Shown here piece by piece: positions 39,632 to 53,110 of a DNA stretch of 64,000 bases (positions are counted from its first letter, which is position 1; the number at the start of each line of letters is the position of its first letter). This DNA is from Octopus sinensis (lineage: Eukaryota): assembly GCF_006345805.1 (NCBI RefSeq), contig NC_043003.1, forward strand, positions 310,001-374,000, read 5' to 3'. The position numbers and the translations under genes are program-made. Below the pieces are notes generated by a model that searched no databases, was not told the DNA's origin, and was given only the letters and a program-made list of their open reading frames with translations.

Positions 39632-39733
39632 GTAAACGTATATATATATGTATATATATGTATATATATATATGTATATGTATATATATGTATATACACA
39701 CACACATATATATATATATATATAAATATATGA

Positions 39734-39775
<42 letters not shown>

Positions 39776-39777
39776 GT

Positions 39778-39809
<32 letters not shown>

Positions 39810-39929
39810 TGTATAGACACATGCATACGCCCACACATGTGCATGCACACGCACATATGCATATCTATACATGCACACACTCACGCACGCACGCACACCC
39901 TGTAAACAACATGCATTTCTCACTGGCCA

Positions 39930-40280
39930 AGCTGGGGCACCACTTTCAACAATTTGCTTTACTCGAACAAATCGACCCCAGGACTTATTCTTTGTAAGCT
40001 TGATACTTATTCTATCGTTCTCTTTTGCCGAACCGCTAAGTTACGGGGAAAGTAAATACACCAGCACCGGTTGTGAAACAGTAGTGAACACACACACACA
40101 CTCATAAATATATATACTATTATATACGATGGGCTTCTTTCAGTTTCCATCAACCAAATCCACTCAGAAGGCTTCGGACGGTCCGAGGCTATAGTGGAAG
40201 ATACCTGCCCAAGGTGCCACGCAGTGGGACCGAACCCAGAACCATGTGGTTGGGAAGCAAGCTTCTTACCACACAGCCAT
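39930..40280 (-). mobile_element. SINE family A
   Basis: Reverse complement of the family A head and tail. Confidence 0.7.
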
Positions 40281-40793
40281 ACACACACACATACACACAC
40301 ATGTATGTATGCGTGAGTGGATGGAAGGATATAAGCATGTGTGTGTGTGTGTGTGTGTGTGTGCGTGCGTGCGTTTTCGTTATCCCTTTCAATGTAGTGA
40401 TAAAAATGGCCGACAAGACAAAGTCGTCTGCTCAAAACCTTTCGGAACAGGTTTCTTTCCAGTCGTAATTAATGTATATACCCCGTCTTCACACACATAT
40501 CTCACATACACACATGTTTAATAACAGTTTACTCGTCCATCACATCAGATGCTGTTGTAGAAGCTGGAGATTGTGTTAAAGATATGCATAGATGTCAAAC
40601 TAGCCAACATTCGCACAAAACCGATACATACATACATACATACATACATACATACATACATACATACACATACATACATACATACATACATACATACGTA
40701 AATACATACATACATACATACATACATACATACATACATACGTAAATACATACATACACACATACATACATACATACATACATACATACGTAA

Positions 40794-40824
<31 letters not shown>

Positions 40825-41003
40825 CATAAATACGTGTGTATGTGGATGCATATATGTATGAGTGCGTTAAACTAATACATTTCTTAAAACCTGTCCTTCC
40901 TGTTTAGTTTTTTGTGTTCATTACCTTTTTAATATATGCATATATATATAAACACACACGCATATATACACGCACATGTATATATACATATATATATATA
41001 TAT

Positions 41004-41061
<58 letters not shown>

Positions 41062-41097
41062 TAATATGTGGTGTGTGTGTGTGTGTGTGTGTGTGTG

Positions 41098-41135
<38 letters not shown>

Positions 41136-41204
41136 CTTTACACACACGCACATACATATAGATGTACATGTATATATGTACATGTGCATGTATGTATATA
41201 CATG

Positions 41205-41286
<82 letters not shown>

Positions 41287-41699
41287 GCCCATACACGCAT
41301 ATACACAGACATATATATGTGTGTGTGAATGTGTGTGAATGTGTGTGTGTGTTACTTGTGCGCCACCCGAAAGTCTGAGAGCGGAAAAAACTAAACAAGA
41401 TATTTATGCTTCTTAAGCAAGTTGTTTGTTTATAGATAAAGAAGTGTTTGAGAATCTCCAGTTTGTGAAGCAACCGGATTAATGTAGGAATTTATTGCAT
41501 AATTCAGTGTTGCTTTTAAAAATCCCCTCCCACTCTCAACTCTCCTCCAACTCCCTCAGAACTGCTAAATCTATTAAGTATTTATTTCAAGCAAGCAGTT
41601 AAAAGCTGAAATGCGCAGAATCGAGTACCTTGACTTTTCACACAAAGAAACTTTAGCAATAAGAATACAGGTGTGTTATTTGTTCATCCGAAAATTCAG

Positions 41700-41860
41700 G
41701 TGAAGGCGCGTGGCTTAACGGTTATGATATTTGGCTCACGATCATAAGGACGTGAGTTCGACTCCTGGCTGGTGTTGTGTCCTTGTGCATGACACTTTGT
41801 TACACATTGCTCCATTTCGCTAAGCTGGTAAAAGGGAGTTGCACCTGTATTTAAATTGGG
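41700..41860 (+). mobile_element. tRNA-derived SINE (other family)
   Basis: A box TGGCTTAACGG and B box GAGTTCGACTCC. Confidence 0.6.
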
Positions 41861-42439
41861 GGGGGGGAGCTTGTCCTGCTTTGTTTAATTTTTAAAAATT
41901 TTCATCTGAAATGCTTGGAGATGAAAGTGTTTAGAGTTTCGGAAATGTTATATAGCTGCATCTATAAAACGTGATAGTTGGGCATGAGACCTAAGTCTAA
42001 ACATGTCAGTCGATGATATATAATATAGCTAGTACGTAGCCAACAAATTTAGCCATCTGTATATATCGTATTTAATGCAGATATATCGCATAAAGCAAAT
42101 TAACCGCGGTATTGGTCCGGAAATAATACCACTCGTGGATTTACTGCATTTAAAAACACAAAAATATATTAGCAACAGATGAAAATTGTCCATCAGTGGT
42201 GTTGATAATGCTAGGTGCACATTTTTGTTGCGCTGCGCTTCGTCAGTAGCTCGGACTCACTGTCATCTGCATGTTAAGATAAAATCCGTTGCTACTGCTA
42301 CAAGATTGAAAAGTCACTGATTTTGCGAGAAGCCAGTCCCGGCTGAATAAAAATCTGTTATAAGCAACAGAAGCTACTGATATATTTTGAATTTTTAAAC
42401 ACTGTATACTCTTTACTCTTTTTGCTCTCTTTTATTTGT

Positions 42440-42703
42440 TTCAGTCATTTGACTGTGGCCATGCTGGAGCACCGCCTTTAGTCGAGCAAATCGGCCCCAG
42501 GACTTATTCTTTGCATACCTAGTACTTATTCTATCGGTCTCTTTTGCCGAACCGCTAAGTTACGATGAGGTAAACACACCAGCATCGGTTGTCAAGCGAT
42601 GTTGGGGGGGGGGGACAAATACACAGGCACACAATATAAACACACACATACATACATACATACATATATATATATATTTTATATATATATATATAATATA
42701 TAT

Positions 42704-42764
<61 letters not shown>

Positions 42765-42930
42765 CATATATATATACGATGGGTTTCTTTCAGTTTCCGT
42801 CTACCAAATTCACTCACAAGGCTTTGGTCGGCCCGAGGCTATAGTAGAAGACACTTGCCCAGTGCCACGCAGTGGGACTGAACCCGGAACCGTGTGGTTC
42901 GTAAGAAAGCTACTTACGACACAGCCACTC
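42440..42930 (-). mobile_element. SINE family A with expanded internal microsatellite
   Basis: Reverse complement of the family A head and tail. Confidence 0.75.
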
Positions 42931-43341
42931 ATGCATGTATGTCCACAAAAATATTATTTCCGGACTATTATCGGAGTTTATGCAGCAAATGCTACGGATA
43001 ACTTTTGTATAATTTGTCTCTTTTCATGTCTCTGCATCACACACGTTTATTCGAATCTGATTCTGCTTCTGTTGCATATAATGGGAGAACAGATTTAGTT
43101 TGCATAAACCTGGAGCTGGTCTAGTTTCACTCGATATCTAACAGTTTCGTTTTTCACCAAAGCCAACCTACCAATTATACTTTCATTCAGCTTGTCAACC
43201 ACATTCGTTTTATGCCGACATACAACACTTTAGTTTATTTAATAAGTTTATCCATGCGCGTTCGAGAACTTTCCAAAGGCGGTATTTTCTTGTCTTAAGT
43301 AAATAAATAAATGAAGATATTGGGGCATCGTCTTAGAATAG

Positions 43342-43510
43342 GCGCAGGAGTGGCTGTGTGGTAAGAAGCTTGCTTCCCAATCACATGGTTCCGGGTTCAA
43401 TCCCACTGCATGGCACTTTGGGCAAGTGTCTTCTACCATAGCCTCAGGCCGACCAGAGCCTTGTGAGTGGATTTGGTAGACGGAAACCGAAAGAAGCTCG
43501 TCGTATATAC
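43342..43510 (+). mobile_element. SINE family A head
   Basis: GGCGCAGGAGTGGCTGTGTGGTAAGAAGC..CCGGGTTCAATCCC. Confidence 0.75.
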
Positions 43511-45196
43511 ATGCTAGAAATAGCAACTAAATCTCCCTGTCTCCCTGGCCCCTTCGCTCACCCACCAGCCACGCTGCTGCCCTTTCTTTATCTAAAGTAT
43601 GTTATGATTATGACTAGACTACCTCTGACCATATGATTCCTCAACCAAGACGCTTCGGGCCCGGGTGAAAGGTGAGGAGAGGCAGGATGGGAGTTGGCGG
43701 GGGTTGAACAACGACAACAGTAACAACACGGCGACGAAGCACTCTTGTCTTGTGCAGAGAAGACATCTTTGTCACGTGATACGGCTGTAATAGTCTACAT
43801 GTCATGTTTACTCATACAATAAACAACATCTGTATTTCGATATTAATGTCTGAACATCTCTGCTGAAGAGCATCGCCACAACATCTAAATTTTACCACCT
43901 CTAATAGTAGCAGCAGCAGTAGCACCGCGCCTTCATAAACACCACCACCACCACCACCATCATCATAAACACCGCTACCACCACCACCATCACAACGACA
44001 ACCTTCTCCATCATCGCCCCCAACACAGTCACCGCCACCACCACTATTAGCACTACAATCATACCTACCACCCGCCTCTGCCACCACCACCACCACCACC
44101 ACCACCACACCACCACCACCACCACCACTACCACCACCACCACCACCACCACCACCACCACCACCACCACCATCTCTGCGACAGGTGTTGCTACATAGCT
44201 GAATATCTCACCTTAACTGAAGATGTTCTGACAGAGAATGAAAGTCAAATGAATTTTTAAATATATATTTATATTTTTTCTTCGTTTTGGAAACTTGCCA
44301 ATCTAATATGAAGCGAACGTTCTGTGAAACTGCAGACTTTTGGGAACGGCGTAGAAATGGGGGAGGCTAAAAGAATGAAGGAGAGAAAGAGGGAGTGAGT
44401 GAGTGCGAGAGTGACGAGTGATTTAGGGAGAGAGTGAGGGGAGGAGGGAGAAGGAGCGAATGAGAGAGTGATGAATGAGTGAGGGAGTGAGGGAGAGAGC
44501 AGACGATAGATGCAGGGATAAAGAGATAGAAACAGAAAAAGAAATTGAGAGAAATCGGATGATAGGGGAATACACGTGTGTTGTGTATGAAGATAATTGT
44601 GGAATGGAGAGACAGACGCAATGAGAACGATATCGTTAGATAGACAGAAAGATAAAAACAAAATGGTGAGATGGAGGAAAGATAGAGAGAGAGATAGTGG
44701 AAAGAGAGTACTTCATAGACAGAGAGAGGAGACGGTGTGAGAGATTAGTTATGTAAAGCCAGGCAGAATGTTATGACTGCGTGTGTCTAATTTATTTGTA
44801 ACATAAATCTAATCAAATATTTTATGAGATAACAAATAAAATAACAAGAAAAAATTACGTCTATATTTGCTACTTGACTAATTTCCAATAACAATATCCA
44901 TCCATCAATGGGTGATTGGTGAGAGAAAGAAACAAAACTTATGATCGTTCACACGTAGGGATGGGTGTGTGGTTAAGATCGTTTTGCAGTTGTGGCGAGG
45001 CTGTGTGGTAAGAAGCTTGCTTTCTATCCATATGATTTCAGGTTCAGTCCCACTGCGTGGCACCTTGGCAAAGTGTCTTCTGGTATAATCCCGGACCGAC
45101 CAAAGCCTTGTGAGTGGATTTGGTTGACAGAAACTGAATGAAGCCTGTCATATATATATATATATACTTTATTAAAAAGCAGTGAAATATCACAAA

Positions 45197-45238
45197 AACT
45201 GTAACTCAAAGTTTCACGTTTCCATTCGTCGGACAGTT
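45197..45238 (-). ncRNA. Type I hammerhead fold, CCGACGA core variant
   Basis: Minus strand AACTGT-CCGACGA-ATG gaaa CGT-GAAAC-TTTGA-GT-T-ACAGTT; 6-bp stem I and GNRA-capped stem II. Confidence 0.7.
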
Positions 45239-45349
45239 TTATTTCAGATTTATTAATAATAAAAACAAGTGCTTGACACGATTGGTTCGATTGGGGCACC
45301 ACGCTGAAGGTATCCCAACATGGTCACTATCCAACGACTGAAACAAGTG

Positions 45350-45391
45350 AACTGCCCGACGAACGGGAACGTGAAACTCTGAGTAACAGTT
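45350..45391 (+). ncRNA. Type I hammerhead fold, CCGACGA core variant
   Basis: AACTGC-CCGACGA-ACG ggaa CGT-GAAAC-TCTGA-GT-A-ACAGTT. Confidence 0.7.
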
Positions 45392-45491
45392 TTTGTGATA
45401 TTGTTCCTGCTTTTTAATAAAGTATATCACTCTACCTCTGGTATTCGAGTACTATTTTTTCCACCTTGTCTCGCATTTATGTACTTACTCT

Positions 45492-45543
<52 letters not shown>

Positions 45544-47454
45544 TATATATTATATCTTATTAGGGTTTGTCTTTTGTTGTCCCTCCCACCCACCGCTTGG
45601 CAACCGGTGTTGCTTGGTTTACATCCCCGTGTCTAACGGTTCGGAAAAAGTGATCGATGGAATAAATACCAGTTTTAATTTTAAAAAGTGCTGGAAACGA
45701 TTGGTTCGACTGGGGCACCACGTTGAAGGTGCCCCAGCATGGCCACTATCCAACGACTGAAAGCAAGTAAAAAATCCAGGTCCAGAGTTTCCAATGGCAC
45801 TGTCGAGTCAACAAAAGAGAAGGACGACCTTCAGGAATCCGAATCAAGATTTCTTTCAATGCTTGACACCACATTGTGCCCTATATCACATTTAATTGCG
45901 GCCCTTGTTTAGCCTCCGATCCCGACCAGACGAAATACCAAATGCATCCCAGCCATGACCAGCTCGACTGCTTTTCAGATATGTAGTGTGCACCGAAATA
46001 CATTAACCCTTAAACAGCGAACATCATCATTTGTTGTCTCAAAAAATTTTACATGGATACGGCCATCATCATTTGATACCCAAGTGTCTGCTGCGTGAAA
46101 TGCGGCTGAGCATTAGCGGCCCTAATCGATGGCAGCAGATGAAGTCGCAAATGGAACATTTTTACAAAGATGAATTTTTTTTTTCTTTCTGATTTACCTT
46201 AATCATTAGATAAGGTAGATGATGATGATGATGATGATGATGGTGGTGATGATGATGATGATGATGATGAAGATGATGATGATGATGGTTGTGGTGGTGA
46301 TAATGTTTTAGATAGCACAAACGAAAGTGATGCTTCAACTGGTTCTGGACGGAAAATCGTTCATTGATTTTTCTCCTTTTCTCCATCGTTTGACATCAAC
46401 AAACTGGAATCTCACAACCGATGCAAAGGAAAGTGAATATTTTATGGCTCTTTTCGGTAAGACTATAAAATTTATTGCAGGAGAAATTAGCAATTACCGT
46501 TTTCGTACTTATTCATATTTTATAAAAATGTACTTATTTATATTTTATAATTTTGTACTTTTTTTTTTATTAAAACTGGTATAATTTTGTACTTATTTAT
46601 ATTTTATAAAAATTATCCTTTTTTGTATTTTGCCTGTTCAGCACATAATTCATTCAACCCTTTCCTAAGAATTAAAGAAGATTTGGTGCAATTTAAGGAG
46701 AAATTTGGTTACTACCTCTAACCAGTCTAGTGACCACATAGAACCTCAGACAGCCTTTTCCCCCCTTTTACTCTGTAGCAAGGCCCACGAGTTGTGCACC
46801 CGTTTCTTGTAAATCTATAAACGAGATTTAAGCCTAAGTTCTTGATTTATTACAATTACCCCCTCTCCTATAGGGTACATCATAATTAACTGCCATTTGG
46901 GGATTCAGATACATTCTCTAGGGAGGGAGATAATTTTAATAAATCAGGAATTTATGTTACTTGCTATTTGATTTCCCTGTGTTTGTCTTGGCCACTCGGA
47001 GTTATATCTATCTCGGTTTTGTTTAAATTATGCAAATTACCTAAACTACAAATAATTTCAACTCCTTTTTGTAAAAGCCCGAGTCCTTTGGCTACTGGAG
47101 ATAACTGTTGGGCGATTGCTGTGCTGATGATGGCTATTGGCTAGAAACACGTGTCCAGGTCTGTCCTCCCGTTTCTAGATAATAAACCAGTCCTTTTTCC
47201 TCAATAATATGCCAACGGAGGAAAATTATTGATTCTTGATGTAATGTCCTCTTTAAATGGAGCAGATCTTCATTACTATTTGATACTTATAATACATTCC
47301 CTGAAGGCGAAGATAATTTCAATTAATCAAGAATTTCTGTACAACGATATTTGATATATCTGTATTTGTATATGTTACTTAAATACATGCCGCTGGAACT
47401 CTAAATTATTTCTCTTAACTAATTTTGCTTATATACATACAAACATACATACCT

Positions 47455-47489
<35 letters not shown>

Positions 47490-47500
47490 ATATATATATA

Positions 47501-47533
<33 letters not shown>

Positions 47534-47649
47534 GATATATATTATATATATATAGATATATATATATATATATGCATATATGTATATATTGAGATGATGT
47601 GAAAACATTCCATTATTCTTTTAAGTAGATAGAAAAGTAATTGGAAATA

Positions 47650-47690
47650 TTCTTACAGATATTTTCGGGATAATTGGTCTCTTCAGAGAA
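47650..47690 (-). ncRNA. Degenerate type I hammerhead
   Basis: Minus strand TTCT-CTGAAGA-G..C-GAAA-ATATCTG-T-A-AGAA; stem I and core intact, stems II and III damaged. Confidence 0.45.
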
Positions 47691-48349
47691 GATATACCAC
47701 TACTTCTTGAACACCATCCAAAGAACTTTGTATCTAAACTGCTATATATAGTAGTAGCTTATCAACATACCACATAAGCAGCCATCCTGATTTGATTTGC
47801 ATATAATAAATTAATCGGGTACGTAGTAAATTAAATAATGTATCTATTTATTTATGTAGAACACAGCGTGAATCAGAATATTTGAAATACGCATACAGTG
47901 ATCTATATGAAAGCCTTTTAGTTGTGGCGATTAAGATGATGTAAAGACACCCTATTGTTTTATTAAGTACACAGAAAATATAATTGGGGAACTTCTTAGA
48001 GGTCTGAATCCACGCCCACCCACAAAATTTGGATTCTAAATCGCTTGAGTATAATATATATATAATATATATATATAATTATATATATATACACAGTACT
48101 GTTATCAGAAGATTGCCAATTATGTATTTGTTTACTTAGGAGAACAATAAGATGTTTATATAAAAGCATATATTGTGTGTGTATGTGTGTATACACACAC
48201 ATATAAATACATACATAATTATATATATATATTTATAGATATGTATCATATGTATATGCCTATATACGTGTATGCATATATATATATATATATATAATAT
48301 ATATATATATATAACAGGAGACAAGAGTACAAAGATTTATTAATCTACG

Positions 48350-48731
48350 GTGGAGGCGTAATGGCCCAGTGGTTAGGGCAGCGGACTCGCGATCATAATG
48401 TCAAAGTTTCAATTCCCAGACCGGGTGTTGTGAGCGCTTATTAAGCGAAAATATCTAAAGCTCCACGAGGCTCCGGCAGGGGTTGGTGGCGAACCCTGCT
48501 GTATTCTTTCACCACAACTTTCTCTCACTCTTTCTGTTGTATCTGTTGTACCTGTATTTCAAAGGGCCAGCCTTGTTACACTCTGTGTCACGCTGAATCT
48601 CCCCGAGTACTACATTAAGAGTACACGTGTCTGTGGAGTGCTCAGCCACTTGCACGTTAATTTCCCGAGCAGGTTGTTCTGTTGATCGGATCAACTGGAA
48701 CCCTCGTCGTCGTAATCGACGGAGTGCCACG
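48350..48731 (+). mobile_element. Full-length SINE family C with 11-bp TSD
   Basis: TSD ATTAATCTACG at 48339-48349 and 48732-48742; tRNA-like head. Confidence 0.9.
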
Positions 48732-49256
48732 ATTAATCTACGAGATATATTTGCTCATTGTCACAATGCGGTCAATTGGCAGAATCGTTAGAGAGGCAGA
48801 TAGATTACTTTTACGGTAATTATTCCGACTCTCTACTCTCGGAGTTCAAATCCCGCCGAAGTTAGCTTTGGCTTTCATGCTTTCACGATCGATAAATAAA
48901 GTACCAATGTTGGAGTTCATTCTACTCCTGCTCTTCCTTTCTTCAGGTCTGGAGCGAGAGAGAGAGAGAAGAGAGAGATGGCTTTCCAAGATACACTGTA
49001 ATTAACGACGCCGTCCTCGAGATATGCCGTATTTAGTGATGGTTCTACGAGGCTGTTAATGAGTTGAGGGTAGAAGGTAAGGAACAAATTGACCCATGTA
49101 CATACATTATGAATAATCTTTTCTACCAAAGGTAAAAAGCCTACAATTTGAGAGAAAGACCCCAGTGTACGAGTAGTACTTAGTTTATCGAACCTGAAAG
49201 GATGAAAGGCGAAGTTCACCTGGGCGGCATTTAACTGTCTGTCTGTCTGTCTATCC

Positions 49257-49303
<47 letters not shown>

Positions 49304-49337
49304 ATCTATCTATCTATCTATCTATCTATCTCTCTTC

Positions 49338-49368
<31 letters not shown>

Positions 49369-49631
49369 ATCTCTCTATCTACTTCTATCTCCTGCCTGCC
49401 TTCCCGTCCGTCTCTCTCTCTCTCTCATCGTCCTCTTCATCTCCTCTCTCTCTCTCTCTCTCCTCCCTCCATAACTAATTCCCACTATATTTTTCTGTGC
49501 AGCAATAGAACACTTCTGGTTTCAGCTGTTAGGTGACTCATCTCTTTGTAATTCGAGAAGAAAGTTACTTACGTTATGAAATTACATCTGTTTTACTTTT
49601 TTGTTCTTTGTCCTGATTATTTTCAGAAATC

Positions 49632-49676
<45 letters not shown>

Positions 49677-50160
49677 TAATGCGCTCCCCACCACCAGTAT
49701 TTTTGGTTGAAAAATGGATGAATGTGGTGAGGATGGCCCACGTGAATGGGTCTACTCTGGACATACGTTTGTGAGTCCAAGGAGTTGAGAAGGAGAGAGG
49801 CACCTGCCGAGGTTCCTCTGGCGGTCGGAGTAATCAGGATGTGCTGTGTTCCTCGGTTGTTCCTGGATGGAAATGCTCCTTTCGGGAAATTTACTGTTGA
49901 ATTTTTGTTGTTAATTGTTCTGGTTTTAATTTTACACGCGAGGGTTTGTGCTAAGCCCCGCTTGTCCCTTGTATTGCATCGTGCTTAGCGGCATTTCGTC
50001 CGTCTTTACGTTCTGACTTCAAATTCCACTGAGGCCCGACCTTGCCTTTCAACCTTTCGATAAAATAAGTACCAGTTGAGCACTGGGGTCGACGTATGCG
50101 ATTTACCGCCTACCCCGAAATTACAATCCTTGTGCCAAATTTGAAACCATTATTACTGTG

Positions 50161-50194
<34 letters not shown>

Positions 50195-50198
50195 TATT

Positions 50199-50805
50199 CA
50201 GTATTTATTTTATAGTGCTTGTTTTTTTTTTTAGGGTGCTTTCACTTCACTACCGAGCGCAGCTCTGTGTGCCTTGGGTATGTGCTGTGATTTGTTGTGA
50301 TGCTCTGATGGTTATTGTATGGAAAATGTTGGCATAGCTTCCAATGTATGTAGGTTCCAACTCTGTCATGTCTGTGAATATATTCCTTCTTAGCCAGGAC
50401 TGGGCAGCTAGAGATAATATGATTTATTGTTTCTTGTCCATCTCCACATATTCTGCAGTTACTTGTAATATTTCTTTTCATTACATGTTTTTGGTAATTT
50501 CTGGTGGGGAGGCTTTGGTCTTGTGCTGCAATTAAAAATCCCTCTGTTTCTGCTTTGAGTCCTGAGCTTCTCAACCATTGCTGGGATTTTTCTTTGTCTA
50601 TTTCTTTTGCGTTTAATTTAGTGCAGTATTTACCATGAAGGGCTTTTCTTGCCATCGTTTTATCATGGCTCGTTGCTGTTCTATTTTTAGTTTGGATTTC
50701 ATTTGTTTTATAGCTTTTGTTGTTTCTTCATCATCTTCTTCTTCTTCTTTGTGTTTATTAGGTGGTATGATTTCTTGTTTGTATTTGTCAGCTTCCTTAA
50801 ATACT
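50199..50805 (-). mobile_element. R4/Dong-like LINE fragment with the RLE domain deleted
   Basis: LHGKY..ETEGFLIAAQDQ..CRICGDGQETINHIISSC (CCHC)..HWKLCQH joined directly to TFSIQ-stop plus 3' UTR; (AAT)n on both sides. Confidence 0.85.
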
Positions 50806-50824
50806 GAGAACAGTATTATTATTA

Positions 50825-50888
<64 letters not shown>

Positions 50889-50904
50889 ATTATTATTATT
50901 GGGG

Positions 50905-51269
50905 CTCAGTTAGAATTTTCTTCTGGTCGAGTAGCCCATCCGCTCAAAAGGTCCCTGAATAAGGGTTGTTGAACGAATCACTCATATTTCCAAAGGTGAA
51001 TTATTCACACCCTAAGGAATTCCTCTCAACACACGGCTATGATGCTCCCCCACTACTTCTGCTCGTGATCAGAGATGCACATATCGTCAGCCACTAAGGG
51101 ACATGCTCAACTGGTTAAGGTCAAACACCTGACAAGCAAATCTGTGGTTTTGAGCAGAATATTTGCTGTAGCCCATCTTTTATACCAAGACAAAACAATG
51201 TACATGATAACACTTCCAGTCAGTTAAGATCAGAAGCCATGAGAGCCACTGCCTGGTACTGCATCAGGG

Positions 51270-51270
<1 letters not shown>
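50905..51270 (-). mobile_element. Unclassified non-coding element between (AAT)n tracts
   Basis: Discrete ~365-bp non-simple block with sharp (ATT)n borders; no ORF recognised. Confidence 0.3.
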
Positions 51271-51306
<36 letters not shown>

Positions 51307-51318
51307 ATTATTATTATT

Positions 51319-51403
51319 CAGTAGTTTTATTTTTATAGCGTGCTTTCACTTCACTACCGAGCGCAGCTCTGTGTGCCTTGGGTATGTGCTGTTATTATTA
51401 TTA

Positions 51404-51445
<42 letters not shown>

Positions 51446-51519
51446 CAGTAGTTTTATTTTTATAGCGTGCTTTCACTTCACTACCGAGCGCAGCTCTGTG
51501 TGCCTTGGGTATGTGCTGT
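51319..51519 (-). mobile_element. Two identical 74-bp R4/Dong-like 3' ends in (ATT)n
   Basis: 51319-51392 equals 51446-51519, with the same truncation point. Confidence 0.75.
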
Positions 51520-51547
51520 TATTATTATTATTATTATATTATTATTA

Positions 51548-51657
<110 letters not shown>

Positions 51658-52039
51658 TAATATTATTATTATATTATTATTATTATTATTATTATTATAT
51701 TATTATTATTATTATTATTATATTATTATATGGGGCGAGTGCTGCACTATCTGCTGAGGTTACTGAATGGTAACTTATCTGGTTGATGTCTGTGGGGCGC
51801 ATTTTCTTGTTAATCGTCTCTTTGACAAAGCTACAGTTCTGGGTGAAGCGAAGATCAAAGTTAAGTAAATGCCATCTAAAATGGTGACAGGTGTACGTGG
51901 CTTACTACCAGATGGTCAACAAATATATCAACCTTTGCAGCAAAGAGCTAGTTAACAATGGGTTCCGAACAATCTTCAGAAGTCGCTGCTATGGCAATGG
52001 TACCGTGGTGCGTTGCTGGTTCGGCAGAAACTCTACGAA

Positions 52040-52270
52040 TATGGCGAACTGGCAGAATCGTTAGCACGCCGAGCGAAATGCTTAGCGGTATTTCGTCTGC
52101 CGTTACGCTCTGAGTTCAAATTCCGCCGTTGTCGACTTTGCCTTTCATCCTTTTGGGGTCGATAAATTAAGTACCAGTTACGCACTAGTGTCGATGTAAT
52201 CGACTTAATCCCTTTTTCTGTCCTTATTTGTCCCCTCTATGATTAACACCTTGTGGGCAATAAAGAAATA
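52040..52270 (+). mobile_element. Full-length SINE family B with 14-bp TSD
   Basis: TSD AGAAACTCTACGAA at 52026-52039 and 52271-52284; A box TGGCAGAATCG and B box GAGTTCAAATTCC. Confidence 0.9.
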
Positions 52271-52989
52271 AGAAACTCTACGAACATAACAACTGGCTTT
52301 GTTTTGAAAAATGATCGTGGATCAACAAAATATTTCTGCACCTACGCGTTCAGTTTCTTATGTGTATCGGACAACACTTGTTGCTTGTAAGACGGGTATT
52401 ATTATCGGACGGCTCCATCGGGATGATCACAGCATTTCTTTGACCTTGAAGCATGGGAAATTTTTCACTGCCTTGTGGTCACGGAAAGGTCTGAAAAAGA
52501 ACGTTTTCTTTTTCGTCCAAATCCTCATCGATTTTTTCAATTCAGTTTGGTGCGGATGAGAATGGAGAGCGATGTATTACCTTCGTTAAATTTACCTTCG
52601 TTAAATATGGCCAAGGGCAGCAGTAATGATCCGAGGGAATGGACCTGCTCACGGCATTCACATGTAGGTCAGAGAATAAGGATGGGAGAAAGTGCTTGAT
52701 AGTTAATGTAAACCTTGATCTCGGGGTTCCTAAATTGGCACAAGGTGGTGGTCACCTAATTAAGATGTCTCATTTGATAAATTTTCAATGTTTTTGTTTT
52801 TTTATGCTTGTTTATATTCGTAATATAAAGTGTAACCGAATTCAACCTGTCGCATGGTCAGGTCGTTGGCGACTGAACTGGCAACCCCATGAAGCTTGGT
52901 GATTGTTGGACATTCAGCGCGTCGAAAAATAAGACCCGTCAAAGGGCGGAAGAATTACTGTGTAGTCAACAGCCAATTCAACAAGTACC

Positions 52990-53110
52990 TTGTTGTGGTG
53001 AAGTGCCTGTGTGCTCCAATGACCCAGAGAGCTATGCTGGAGGGAGAGACATCTTCAGGCAGGTCTTACCAGGCCAGACAGGTCGAAGGGTAGGATACAG
53101 ACAAAACCTT
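52990..53110 (+). mobile_element. Possible RTE/Expander-type 5' UTR fragment
   Basis: GTGCTCCAATGACCCAGAGAGCTATGCTGG..CCAGACAGGTCGAAGGGTAG recalls RTE-clade leaders; pattern recognition only. Confidence 0.25.

Larger units (their letters stand above)
45162..45427. repeat. Inverted repeat, ~77-bp arms, each a hammerhead fold
   Basis: 45162-45238 is the reverse complement of 45350-45427. Confidence 0.92.
44995..45770 (+). mobile_element. SINE family A split by a hammerhead module
   Basis: Head at 44995-45150 and tail at about 45560-45770. Confidence 0.65.

Noticed and set aside
43915-44172. Extensin-like or poly-Val ORFs
   Set aside because: (ACC)n low-complexity tract with stops in the Pro-rich frame
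46760-47340. Viral or transposon coding fossil in a unique block
   Set aside because: All frames I read have many stops and no recognisable motif; a translated homology search is needed
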